Assembly: GCA_964016885.1 (NCBI GenBank) | Contig: OZ024743.1 | Span: 366,172,001 to 366,236,000 of the forward strand | Origin: Eledone cirrhosa | Lineage: Eukaryota | Length of the DNA: 64,000 nucleotides | Reading direction: 5' to 3' | In this document: positions 14,218 through 26,577 of the stretch, in pieces | How the letters are laid out: every line of letters starts with the position of its first letter | Numbering within the stretch: the first letter of the stretch is position 1 | Translations under genes and position numbers: made by a program | The notes under the pieces: generated by a model | What the model was told of the DNA's origin: nothing | Databases searched by the model: none | Seen by the model: the letters and a program-made list of their open reading frames with translations, nothing else

Positions 14218-15043
14218 AAGTAGAGTATAGCCCCTCGTATATAACTGGCAGCCCAACCTCCAAGTCCTCTCTCTCCTTCTATAAGAACGCTCTAGTAAAA
14301 CTCAAATCTTGACAACATACATTTCTGACGAGCTGCAGAAATAATTTCCCGGCGAAACTCGCGTATTCGAAATGAAAATGCGAATTTAACCTAATTTTGT
14401 GTTTTATATATATATATACTAGCGGCCTCCTGGTCACTACTGCGCTCAAATCTATTCCTAAGGCACCTATTGTCATCCGTCGTAATGTCTATTTTCCTTA
14501 GTATAAAAGATGTTGAATAGGTAGAAAGTAATAAAGAAAAGAATAGAAAAATGTATTCTACAAAAATGATAAAACACTTACAGAACTTCAGTATATACAA
14601 TGATTTCAGCGTCGATAGATTTACAGGTCTAGCTTCCTCCAGAGATCATTTGTGAGAGATTTTGTTGATGGCAGTCACTGTTATGTTTTTTGGTTTGGGG
14701 TGGGGGCAAGGTTGCTTTTTCACACATCCACTCCTCATTGGAATATTGAATTTGGAAATTGGGGAAAACTTAATTAAGCTTACAACGCTTTCCACAACAG
14801 TACAACATGACGAAGGATCAAACATCCTTCAGTATCAAAGGATTGCTTTCCTATAAATTGAAACGGCTGAGAGGTGCTTATCTGTAACTCCCAGTGTCCC
14901 CCATCCCTTTCCGCCTCTGTTATTCACACTGAAGAAATCTCCGAGGTTTTCCCTCTGCAGCCCCATTCCATTTTCGAAAAAGAAGGCGATATATAATAAA
15001 GAGAGAAAATATAAAAATGTATTCTACGAAAATTATAAAACAT

Positions 15044-15406
15044 TCACAGAACTTCAGTATATACAATGTTTTTAATTGTTTTTCTTTGGAGCATATATGA
15101 AGAGTTTGTAGGGTCTTCCTAGTCTGGAATAACCTACATACAATTGACCATGTGAGAAACATACCTCTTCTAGATGGAGACCGACAACCTGCAGTGTTTG
15201 ACCTTGGGACTTGTTAATGGTCATTGTGTAACTGACTCTCATTGGGAATCGCAATCGTTTGAAAAGAAAGGGGACATCTGTTGATATAAGCAACATTTAG
15301 GTATAAATGCGATGTCTTCCTTGCCATATCCAGTGAGGATTTTGGCTTCGATAATGTAAGGCTGTAGTTCAGTCATAACTATACGCGTCCCATTGCACAA
15401 TCTTGG
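15044..15406 (-). pseudogene. Helitron PIF1-family helicase C-terminal fragment
   Basis: PRLCNGTRIV...IEAKILTG...FIPK / FKRLRFPMRVSYTMTINKSQGQTL...CFSHGQLYVGYSR...NIVYTEVL*, matching PIF1 helicase motifs V-VI, with frameshifts. Confidence 0.9.
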
Positions 15407-15764
15407 TTTGGTTTTCGCTTCAGTATATTTTTATATTTCCAAAAATAATTTAGCTGGCAATCAATGTTTATCATTGATTGACCAACAGTTAAAAAAATAA
15501 ATATAAATATCAATATAGTTTCATCTGTGACATCCTCAGTGATTATCATGTTTCCTCCCGTTGTGTTCCTATGTTTTATTTATTTATTTATTTATTTATG
15601 TCTGTGTATTTTGTTTGTTGTGTGTTCGTGTTTGAGTATGAGTGTGTTTATGTGTTTATATTCTACCTTTGGTCACTAGTGTGTGTTTGTGAGTGGGTGT
15701 TGTTATTGCATCTGTGTATATTTATATTCTATCTTGGATTACTAGTGTGCGTTTGTGTAAGGCT

Positions 15765-16253
15765 GTTGTTATTCCATTCATGTTTTCTGTTCAGCCTAGG
15801 TTTTCTTAATTCTAATTCTGTATCTTCCCTAATGTGTCTAATTGTGGAGTCATTCCTATGTTTAGATATTATTTCAATTTCTATGTTCTCTATTTTACCA
15901 TCATGTCTTAATCTGGCGTGTTCATATAGTACTGAATTGTCTTTTTGTCCTTTTATTTCACTTTAGTGTTCATCTATCGTCTCTCCTATGCTACGGGCTG
16001 TTTCTCCTATGTATGCTGTTGTCATGTTTCTTCAGGCACCTTGTGTACATCTTATGCTATAAACTACATTTCTAGTTTTACATTTTACATGTGAACTTAC
16101 TCTACATATCACACATTTCTTATTTGTATAGCGTGTTTTCTTAAAGGGGTAAGTTTTGCAGATCAGGGATTTTATGGTAGTTCCTAGCTTTTCTACCACT
16201 TTAATATTTAAATAATTTTTTCTTAGGGCCTGGGAACACATTCTGCGAGCCAT
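15765..16253 (-). pseudogene. Penelope-like element GIY-YIG endonuclease fragment
   Basis: CVIC...CKTRNVVYSIRCT, then after a frameshift AYIGETARSIGETIDEH*...SVLYEH...RHIREDTEL...PRLNRKHEW. This is the Cys-linker plus VVY/YIG motifs typical of PLE endonucleases. Confidence 0.85.
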
Positions 16254-17684
16254 GTCAACTTTGCTGTTTATAAGAGCGACGCAGCTTAGTTGTTATCAAC
16301 AATTACTCCCAAGTCTCTGATGTTGTTGGATGCCATGAGAGTTTCAGTGCATCCTCTTTTCCAAAGTGGATTAACTCGAATCTATCCTCGTTCAGCAGCA
16401 TATATATTAAACACACACACACATTTATTGTGTGTGTGTGTAAAAAATTCTTAGATACACACACCTACACAGACAAACAGAAACAGTAATGCAGGTCAGA
16501 TTGAAAACACTCGAAAAACCTTAATTAATTATCAATTTTATTTAGTCTTATTCGCGGTCAACAAACAAACTTACTTTTTATAAGGATATAGATAGATAGA
16601 TACAGTGAGAGGAGAGAGAGTCAGATGTCAGGCCGACCGACAACAAACGAAAAAAAGGTATAAACGTTTTAGTTAGAGGAGAAAGTGGTTTCAGTGAGAG
16701 GGTTAACATTTTCCCCTCTATATATATATTGATAGTATGACGGACGTGGAGACAGTATCTCTGTGCTAGAAATGGCAGTAAATTTTCCCCCAACTCGCCC
16801 CCATTCATTTTTCGGAAAATAAATCGACGGTGAGCTTGACGGGGGTCAAATTAGTTGAAAACACTCGAAAAAAACTTAATTATTATCAATTTTATTAGTG
16901 TTATTAGCGGTCAAAATAGAAACTTCCTTTTTATAAGGATATGCAATATATATAATGTTTATGTGTGTGTACATACATACGTTCGGCTTATTAGATTGCA
17001 GATAATCTTGGCGTAAACCATATTTAGAACTCAATGCGATCATTAGGATATCGAAATGAAACTTATGTTTCTTTAGTATTGTACTATCAGATAACTGGTA
17101 GGGTTGCAGAGTATAATAAAAGTAGGAGAGAGAGAAATAACGTAAACATTGATCGTTTTCTTCTAATTTTATATATACGGTGCCCCAGCATGGCCTCAGC
17201 CGGATGGCTGGAACAGGTAAATGAGTAAATGAGTATACATTTACAATATTTTCAATACTGTCTAGTTTCTAATACTTTTTTCAATAAAACTGACTCGGTA
17301 TCACTGGTATACACATCCCATTTGTGTAAAAGGGTATATATTACATAGAGAAAAATATATCATTAGGCCAATATTGAAAATCGAAGAAAAAAATTAGACC
17401 ATTGAACCTGCCTAACTTCTATTTCTAACATCGATATCTCTCTTTCTCTTTAAAACGCATTTTATCCACGGCGCCCACATGGTTCTAGTCTGTTTGTCCA
17501 ATCTTTTCAACACAGATATGTACTGTATATAATAAGCACTGCCCCTTTTAAGGTATATGTTTCTTTTGAAAAGTTGTTTGCCTAAACATTAACTCTGTTC
17601 TGCAAGGGCAGAAACATGTTTTGTTTTCTGTCATGCACACACTCACACATACAATTATGTAGTGAGTTTTTTTCTTCTTTTGGT

Positions 17685-17717
<33 letters not shown>

Positions 17718-18343
17718 CTGTGTATTATACACACACGTACATAATAGCGATACGTCGTCTCCAAATATTTCAATAGAGTATCTTTCCGTTCTTTCTCTGT
17801 TCTTTTTTTTTTATATATATAATTCTTTTTTGTTTTTTTTGGGGGGATGGATAGATTTTGTTCATTAAGTCTGTCGTGTATTTTGTTCATTGATTGATTC
17901 GTTTTTCGAGTCACGTTGAGGGTGGTAATGGTGGTGAAAGATTTAAAAGTAGAGCCGCCCTCTTACAAGTTCTATCATGTCTCAAACACGACATTTACTG
18001 CAAGATAATAAAACATTTGACAATTTTTACTGAACTACTTCCATTTAAACTAGTGAACCATTTTATGCCGTGTTAACTAGAGAATAATTATAATTTTCTA
18101 ATGAAATTTTAGGGTAAATGAATTCTCTAAAATGTTTTCTATGCCATCTAGTGTACGATATTGTATATATATTTAGTGTTTCTGCCATCTTTACTTCGGC
18201 ATGCACGAGTAAGCCTATGAAACAGGTCCGGCTTTGACTCTCGTACTTGTCTTCATAATTAAAATATTTTGTTGTTGTCTTTTTCACACCAACAACCTCT
18301 ATGGCAGACTTTCTCCTAAATCTCTCTCATCTGTGTGTATGTA

Positions 18344-18399
<56 letters not shown>

Positions 18400-18412
<13 letters not shown>

Positions 18413-18570
18413 TTATATATATGTGTGTGTGTGTTTATATATATGTGTGTGTGTGTTTATATATATGTGTGTGTGTGTTTATATATATGTGTGTGTGTGT
18501 TTATATATATGTGTGTGTGTGTTTATATATATGTGTGTGTGTGTTTATATATATGTGTGTGTGTGTGTAT
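18400..18570. repeat. Compound minisatellite, ~20-bp unit GTGTGTGTGTTTATATATAT, following (TA)n
   Basis: Direct reading of tandem units. Confidence 0.9.
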
Positions 18571-18572
18571 AT

Positions 18573-18715
18573 GGAGGCACATGGCTTAGTGGTTAGAGCA
18601 TTGGCCTTGCAATCGAAAGGTTGTGAGTTCAATTCTCAGACCGGGTGATGTGTTGTGTCCTTGAGCAAGACACTTTATTTCACATAGCTCCAGTTTACTC
18701 AGCTGTAGAAATGAG
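18573..18715 (+). mobile_element. tRNA-derived CORE-like SINE family A (head and core only)
   Basis: GGAGGCACATGGCTTAGTGG (A box)...GAGTTCAATTCTC (B box)...GTGTCCTTGAGCAAGACACTTTATTTCAC (CORE-like). Confidence 0.85.
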
Positions 18716-19095
18716 ATGATAGGTCATTCTGCAGATAAAAATCGATAGGGGTCACCTTTTTTTAGGTATCGAAAAATAAGCAAAACAATGTATCATTGCA
18801 TATCCTGTAATGGCTTTATATTTTGTTTTTTTTTTCCTCTCAGGACGGCATGGCAGCCGCTTAAATATTCGAAAATACCACCTTTTCACTAAAATTTCCG
18901 CCTTTTCGTTTCTAGCTCCCACACTTTTCAACCGATTTCGACCATAATTCAATAATTATGGTTTTATAAATATAGTTTCCATTTATTAATATATTGTATA
19001 TATATAGAGAGAGATATATAGATATATGTATATATATAGAGAGAGAGAGATATGTATAGATAGGATAGATAGATAGATATATGTATATATATATA

Positions 19096-21061
19096 ACTTT
19101 CTTTTTATTTGCCACCAGGGCATCAAAGAGTGGGACAAGTACAATGGGGGGAGTTTACATAAAAAGGCGTCCTCAATAAGGAGGAGGCAGTAACAAAATA
19201 TAAAAATATAAAATATAACAAAAATAAATTGAATAACAAAATCCTCAATAGGGAGGAGGCGCCTTGGGGGGTCGCACACATCCCCGAAAAAGTGTGCAAC
19301 CCTTCTCCTCAGGAGCACAGAGAAAGGGTGCTCCCATGATCTTTCATCTTTCTCACCTACAGTCTGATGTAGAGTGAAGGCCCATTCACACGGGCCATTC
19401 TCGCCACTTTCACCCATCTTTCATAGAAACGGCTGGTGTGCAGCACCTCTCTCTCCATCCTGATCCTTCTTACGAAATGATATCGGAAGAAACGGACCAG
19501 TTGTTGGCCAGAGAGAAAGGTGACTGACCTCAGTCCTTTCAGACGCGTCCACCATACAACCTCTTTCGCCATGGCTATTACGCACAGAAACACCGCCTCT
19601 CCTTCGTTTTTGAAGAGGGGAGGCGGCTTCATCGTTACAATAGACTCGGTGGTCAACCGGATCGGTCCCACCCGTGACAGCAGTCGTTCGACATAGCCCC
19701 ACAGATCGGCAATGCCCGATCAGTGTACCAATGCGGGTGCAACGGTTTCCTCGTCGCACACGCATCTGGGACAGATCTTTTTTGAGGGGTCTCTACTCGG
19801 GCGCCCGTGTCTGTAGAGCCTTTCTCGAACAGGCAGAGCCCCTCGGTAGCACTGCCAGGCCAGGGACCTCTGGAAGTTATCCATAGGTGTCGGGCTGAAT
19901 GTCCTACCGAACAGGTTGGCCAGTTCGTTTTCCTCCATGCCTAGGGCTTCTCCGAGGGTGTCGTCGCACCTGCTAACCACCAGCCCTTTATAGAATGACG
20001 AGGTGGATTCTCCACTGACAGCCGGGTCCGCCTGCCAGAGAGCCGTGAGCGCCTGGGCACACTCGGTGTGCCAGGCGCCCAGTTTTCTCGGTCTTTGCTT
20101 GACCCAGGATTGCAGCTCGGTGAGCGAGACGAGTCTGGGAAAGGCTCGCCTCACAAACGGGGCCCAAACCGGTTGACCGGTGAGGAATACCTGGAGGTGC
20201 CGTAGCCTTAATGCGTGTTTACGCATCATCAGCCACGGCACCCCCAGCCCTCCTTTCGAAGGGTATTGACAGCAGATGGATCTCCTCACCATAGGAGCCC
20301 GCTTCTTCCAAAGGAATTGGAAGAGTGCGCGTTCCATTTTGGCAAGCGTTTCCCTTGGGCAAGGCACGACGGTCAGGCGGTAGTAGATGGCGGACGCTAT
20401 ATAAGTGTTCGCCACCTCCGCCCGACCTTTCAGGGACAGTTTGCACTCGGCACACTTCTGGGTCAGTGGAAACACCCTGTTCGTTACCTCACCCCCAGTT
20501 CTTCTCCACCTGGAGGTCTGGTCCGAACCAGACCCCGAGCAACTTCACCGGGCCCTCCGTCCAGCGCCCGACGACGCCATCGGAGGGCATCGATTTGCCC
20601 CTCCACGTGCCGAGTTGCAGACCGATCGACTTGTCCCGGTTCAGCTTAGCCCCTGTAAACCTTTCGTACTCCTCCAGTAAGGTGCCGATCGCCCCGATTT
20701 CCGAGGCCGTCGACACCATTACTGTTACGTCATCGGCGTAGGCCGACACCGCTTTTCGCAATCCCGGTTCCAACGGGCTGCCTTGCAACAACTCCAACTT
20801 CCGCAGCAGTGGCTCTAGAGTCATTACATACAGAAGAGAGGAGAGAGGGCACCCTTGTCGGATGGACCGCGTCATTTCGAACGGCTCCGAGAGGTAGCCG
20901 TTCACCTTGACCCTAGAGCAAATGCGGCTGCTCTGCATGGCAGTAATCCAGCCACTGAAAACGGGTCCGAAGCCTGCCGCTGCTAGCACCCCATCCAGGT
21001 AACCATGGTCGACCCTATCGAACGCCTTAGATTGATCCAAGTTGATCAGGGCCCCCACCAA
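19096..21061 (-). mobile_element. 5'-truncated Tx1/L1-clade LINE (RT, C-terminal Cys region, 3' UTR); frameshifted
   Basis: ORF 20489-21061 has LDQSKAFDRVDH, SIRQGCPLSSLLY and YADD; ORF 19720-20475 has the RT tail and CPRC..DEET..HAL-like zinc-knuckle region; the 3' end abuts a TA/GATA microsatellite; GC- and CpG-rich. Confidence 0.92.
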
Positions 21062-21227
21062 AGCGGAGTTCAGTTTAATGAAAAAATGATATTACTAAAT
21101 CCTTCCAAATTCCTGTCAAAACAGTAAAAAAAAAATGCCCTTAACCTCATCCCCCATATTTAAAACTGTGCTTATCTCAGAAACTAATATATTTGTGTCT
21201 ATTCTCCCGGCTTTATCATTCGTCAGA

Positions 21228-21408
21228 GTGAATTGGCAGTATAGGTAGAGAGTCGGACGCCATGCTTTGCAGCATAGTTACGTCCCTTTACAATCTGAGT
21301 TCAAATCCCGCCGAGGTTAACTTTGCCTTTCATCCTTACGGGGTCGATAAAATAAAGTACCAGTAATGTACTGGGTATGTCCTGGCCTTGTGCCAAAAGT
21401 AGAAACAT
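21228..21408 (+). mobile_element. SINE family B with 19-bp target-site duplication
   Basis: TTTATCATTCGTCAGAGTG at 21212-21230 and 21408-21426 flanks a near-consensus copy. Confidence 0.9.
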
Positions 21409-22269
21409 TTATCATTCGTCAGAGTGCTTCTCTCCCTTATTGGGGAATTTTATTATTTATCTATTGTTATCTGTTTATGCACGGCCCCAGTTTCCAATAA
21501 AACAATCATCAATAATAAAAGAATTATTATTCAGGGTGATATATTGGCAGAATTATTTGGCTTCGGACAACATGCTTTGCGGAATATATTCCGACTCTTT
21601 AAGTTCTGAGTTTTACCGCAAAATAGCCTCTTCCGAAACAATTCTAGAAATAAGTAAATGAATTGAACACGCACACATACGGATTTTCACTTCCCGCAAA
21701 ATGCTGGCCTTGGGCTAATATTAGGAAGAATTATTGATTTATTTAATTTCATTTCTTTTTTTTTTTCTTTTCATTTTTAATAAAAGAATCCTATGGCGAA
21801 AGCCTGCAATCTTGAAGACGTTGGCTTAGCTTCGCTTGTTACCTTGTTATATTTACCTTCACTGCCGCAAAGAAACTGTGTCGCAATTCATAGCTCGGAT
21901 ATTCATTATCTAACTAGTCGTCTGTTCATTGCTACTCGGGAACTCCTATGACAAACAGTCTGGCGCAAATTAATTTATAGACCCCTTCATCAGATATATG
22001 TGTATGTCTGTATACTTATATGTGTGAGCTTGTAAGAGAGAGAGAGAGAGCTCGTGTGTGTGTCTGTACTTGAGCTTCTGTGTCCGTGTGCTTTCGTACA
22101 TATTTGTATGAGCTTATGTGTGTCCGTGTGTATATCTGTACATCCATGTTTAATGTGAGCGAGCTTGTGTCAGCCGACGTGCATATATAAATATATAGGC
22201 TTGTGTCCATGTGTGTGCCCCTCAAAATTGTAAATACACACAAAACTGCCATAATTGTTAAAGAAAGAA

Positions 22270-22300
22270 AAAATGTATTTTATTACCAAATATGGTAAGT
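22270..22300 (+). promoter_or_regulatory. Candidate splice donor closing a first exon (ATG|GTAAGT)
   Basis: AAATATG|GTAAGT with ATG at 22292-22294 and a consensus donor at 22295; preceded by non-repetitive, CpG-containing sequence at ~21790-21990. Confidence 0.35.
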
Positions 22301-24239
22301 AATACTTTCTAAATGGTTTAGACATATGAGAAAAATTTTACGATTTCATATAGCCACTACCACCACCACCATCATCAAATATAATTTCTCTTTAACCCCG
22401 TTTTTTTTCCTTTTCATTTTTCTTTTCTGTCCCCATTTTTTCTTCATTTATACGATATGTATATAAAAATGTGTGTATATATTCTAGTTATTTACGTATA
22501 CATTTATGTATAAATAATCATAATCTTGTGTGAGTGTATATATGTATGTATGTATGTGTGTGTGTCTGCGAGCGAGCGCAAATACCAGAAATTCAAGACA
22601 TGAATCTCCAGATACTCTCTGAAATAAGTGTGTCCAAAGAGTTTTACATCTGTCTTCATTTAACCCACTTTTACACACCTTCCTACCCACCCTATAGCGC
22701 GCGTATACACACCACACACACATACACACCACACACACACACAGAGTATACACCCAGATACATGTGTGCAGTACATTAAATGCTAAATTCAGACATTTTA
22801 TGATAACCAGTGAAACTAACACTTTCAATGGAATTATAAAGGAGAGATTCAAAAATATATATATATATACGAGAGAGAGAAAGAGAGAACAAAATTCTTT
22901 GTTAGTCTATTATATTAGGCCAGCCTATCCTTCCCCAGCCAGACACACAGCCACACATATATTTTTAGATTTATATATTTTGGTCTTGTGGGAGATCAGG
23001 CGATATAATATTTGTTATGCTTCATAATAGAAAGGACGATTCAAATTGTATTTATCTTTTACGTGAATCTCAATTATTTCGCGAACTATGAAAAGAGACG
23101 AGGCTTAACTGTGTTGGCAATTTCTATTAGATTCACGGATCCTCTTATTCTCGTTTTGTCTCTTAAACTCCAGTTTGTGTTTGGGTTAGGTAGGTGACGG
23201 TAATATGGTTAGATTACCTTCTATGAGGCGTCTCTAAATCTATTTATTTCTAGTAGTCGTAGAAGGTCCTCTTGTTTTGAATCAGGTGCCTTGTTTAGTT
23301 ATGTAAATCTGGTGCTAACTTAGTTCAGCAATATCCGGGCAGTCGTTAGAGCGTAGGGCAAGGTACTTTACGGTATTTGTTCTCGATGTTTGCATTCTAA
23401 GTTCAAATCCTGGTCAACTTTAGTGACAGACTTAAACAGTGACCCAGTTTAACATCACCACCTGGTTCTTATGTATCTTCAACAGAGTCCAAACTGTTGC
23501 AAGCATTCCGACCATGTTACCAGTTTTAGGATTTCTTCCTCGGAACCCCTAAAAAATGTAATGGGCTTTTCCCCACTAAGAAGGCAAGAAAAGGAAAAGG
23601 AAAAAGAAGGCAAGAAAAGGAAAAAGAAACAGATCACTGGTCTAAATTAATTAGGTTTTAATTTTGTTCTCCTCGTTTTCTAGTTCAAATACAACTTGCG
23701 TCATATTTTCCTATCATCTTTTCGACGTCGATACAATAACTATACTTAATAGATGCAATTAATTTTTTCACCCCTTCAACAAAGAAATGTAATTTAAATC
23801 GCAGATGGACGTTAAAGGAAAGTCAGGAATTTAATATATATTCAATATTCCTTTTCTCCCCTACAAGTCCATAAAATAATTACTAGTAAAACATTGAGGC
23901 TCAACGTTACAAAAAACTGTAATTAGTGTTAATATAATTATCATTCTCGCTCTATCTAGAAAAAATAGAAGGCGATAAAAGCAATATTAGTTATTGACTA
24001 ATATTCCTTTTATTCTTGACAAGGTTTTTTACCTTTTGTCCTTTCGGTGGCCGATAAAATATAGTCAGTTGAAGCCTGGGGAATGGCGGAATTTGTAGAG
24101 CATCGGATGGGATATTTTGTATTGTTTGCCCCGACTCTTTCAACTACGTAAGACATTCCTCTGCTTTAATATGCTCTGTCTTAACTAGATTATTCCGTGA
24201 AGTATATAGCTATTGAAAGATGTCACTGAAAATTCGCAC

Positions 24240-24310
<71 letters not shown>

Positions 24311-24347
24311 GAGAGAGAGAGAGAGTATATATTGAGTGCGCGTGTAG

Positions 24348-24620
24348 TCACAAAAAAAGAGAATCACTGTTCCGACGAATGGAAATTATTGAACATATTA
24401 CAATCTCTGGCGACCAGCTCCAGGCACGATCGATGCGATGATCAAACCTGACTCTGAAAATCGCCAGAGAAACGATTGTAATATGTCCAATAAATTCCAT
24501 TCGTCGCAACACTGATTCTCTTTTTTTTTTTTTTGTGATATCATACTCTGCTCTATGAGAGCATCGAGTGCTCAAAAGGCCTACTACATACGGACGCTTT
24601 AAGCATCCAACACCAATTGT
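24348..24620 (+). mobile_element. Fold-back cassette 1 (inverted arms ~70 bp plus unpaired tail) in (TA)n; carries the 3' half of a hammerhead motif
   Basis: Arms ~24348-24413 and ~24460-24539 are reverse complements; the right arm has GAAAC-GATT-GTA; the tail starts ACTCTGCTCTATGAGAGCATCGAGT. Confidence 0.7.
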
Positions 24621-24670
24621 ATATATATATATATATATATTATATATTATATAAATTATATATATATATA

Positions 24671-24813
24671 TAGTTATGTAATAAACAACATAAGATAATT
24701 CATTTATCAAGACACCATTGGTAAATGACTGAATTATCTTATGTTGTTTTATTACATAACTAAAAAGCTCTGTAGCCTACATAGAGCACTCTCTTTTCCT
24801 ACGGAAATACTTC

Positions 24814-24815
<2 letters not shown>
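24671..24815 (+). mobile_element. Fold-back cassette 2 in (TA)n
   Basis: 24671-24702 is the reverse complement of 24730-24762; the tail begins with the hairpin GCTCTGTAG..TACATAGAGC. Confidence 0.7.
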
Positions 24816-24845
<30 letters not shown>

Positions 24846-24852
<7 letters not shown>

Positions 24853-25102
24853 ATGTAGAAAGGCTTCTACAGGACTAGAACTGTTTTATTCGGGAGAAAT
24901 CATCAGCTTCCTGAAACAGTTTTAGTCCCGTAGAAGCCTTTCTACATTAAATATTTATACTCTGCTTTGTAGTGAGTACCTTACTTACTGTGGTTACCCC
25001 CCCCCCCCCTTTTGACCCGGGGAAACTGTCGAGTGCTTTGAATCAGTTATAAATATATATATTTGTTGAATTACCAACAAATTAAATATCCCTTTGTTTA
25101 TA
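24846..25102 (+). mobile_element. Fold-back cassette 3 in (TA)n with partial hammerhead motif
   Basis: 24846-24888 is the reverse complement of 24912-24954; the minus strand reads CTGATGA-T-TTC-TCCC-GAA-T-AAAAC-AGTTCTA-GTC, and the plus copy has GAAAC; tail ACTCTGCTTTGTAGTGAGTA. Confidence 0.7.
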
Positions 25103-25270
25103 ATATATATATATATATATAATGTGTGTGTGTGTGTATATATGTGTGTGTGTGTGTGTGTGTATATATGTGTGTGTATATATATGTGTGTGTATATGTG
25201 TGTTTATATATATATGTGTGTTTATATATATATATGTGTGTTTATATATATATATATGTGTGTTTATATA

Positions 25271-25359
<89 letters not shown>

Positions 25360-25973
25360 ATATATATATGTGTGTGTGTATATATATATGTGTGTGTGTA
25401 TATATATATGTGTATGTGTGTGTGTATATATATATATATTGTGTGAGTCTGTTGTAAGATTTGTTTATCTGACCGCTTGTCACATAAACTATTCTTTCTG
25501 TAATTGAAAATTCACAGCATATCACAGTAAGCAGAGCAGAAAGTTAGGTGTATGGGCTCGTTGAAATATGTGCCAGGGACATTATAGAATTTATAGAAAA
25601 ATGGGGGTTGGTAATATCTAATGTCTGTCTTCTCAATACCCAACTGTCATTACTTTTTTTTACTCTTCAAAGAACCATCTCCTTCAACAGCTGCTCAGTT
25701 CACAAAATTATCTTCCAGGTGGATTTGTTTAGATTTGATCCTCTACCATCACAACCTTTACCCACACCATTACTAATCCTCCTCTCTTGGCCTCTACTTC
25801 CCCCTCCCCCATCACTATTATGTCCAATGAATTATTTTGCTGCTATAAAATGGAGGATGTTATATTATATAAGATCTCTCCCTCCAACCTCTACCAGAGA
25901 ACCTACTACTGCTTCTCCACCACCCGAAACAATTCCTCCTCTCTGTTTCACCACATACACTACCCAGAATTAG

Positions 25974-26160
25974 GTGAAGAAGTGTCAGGAAATGTCAGTG
26001 GAAGGAAGCCACAGTAGAGGTAAACCAAGAAAGACATGGGCAGAGGTTGTGGAAGATGACCTCAAATCACTGAGACTCACAGAAACGATGACAAAAGATT
26101 GTGACGTGTGGAGAGATGTGCTGAGAAGGACCTATCCAACCCATACAATGATTATGATGA
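25974..26160 (+). pseudogene. RTE-clade LINE ORF C-terminal fragment
   Basis: [25 protein letters not shown]..., homologous to the RTE copies at 47.3 and 57 kb. Confidence 0.8.
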
Positions 26161-26199
26161 GGATACTGATGATACGTCAGCAATTTGGGGAAAGTTGAT

Positions 26200-26577
26200 T
26201 ATATCTAAGCCAGTTCTTAACAGGTGCTTTATTTTATCAACCCTGGAAAGATGAAAAGCAGAATTGACCTCAGAACATAAAAAATCATAAGTATTGCATA
26301 GTATTTTGTCCGACACTCTACTACTACTGTCAATCCATCACCCTAAACACCATCTTAATGATTTCTGCAATAGGCACAAGGCCAATAGTTTGTGGGGAGG
26401 GGAAAGTAGATTAAATAGACCCCAGTATGTTACTGGTGCTTTATTTTATCGACCCCCGTAAGGATGAAGGCAAAATTAACCTCAGCAGGACTTGAACTCA
26501 GACTGTAAAGGGCTGTAACTCTATGCTGCAAAGCATGGTGTCTGACTCTCAACCGATACTGCTAATCCATCACCCTA
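26200..26577 (-). mobile_element. Two tandem SINE family B copies (CpG-decayed)
   Basis: Two repeats of TTTTATCRACCC..GATGAA..GCA..TTRACCTC..., each followed by CCATCACCCTA..CACCATCTTAA. Confidence 0.75.

Larger units (their letters stand above)
14419..16940 (-). mobile_element. Composite decayed Helitron (3' CTAG end, helicase fragment, duplicated 5'-end-like segments) with a nested Penelope fragment
   Basis: Minus-strand CTAG followed by T at 14419-14422; the helicase stop region is duplicated at ~14540-14600 and ~15010-15070; direct repeats at ~16503-16590 and ~16857-16940. The boundaries are inferred. Confidence 0.5.

Noticed and set aside
18573-18645. tRNA gene
   Set aside because: A and B boxes are present, but the sequence continues into a CORE-like body and recurs as dispersed copies, so it is a SINE head.
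20215-20741. + strand ORFs overlapping the Tx1 element
   Set aside because: Antisense shadows of the GC-rich RT coding region.
21960-22000. Minus-strand CTGATGAAGGGG as a hammerhead
   Set aside because: No helix II partner or GAAA box follows.
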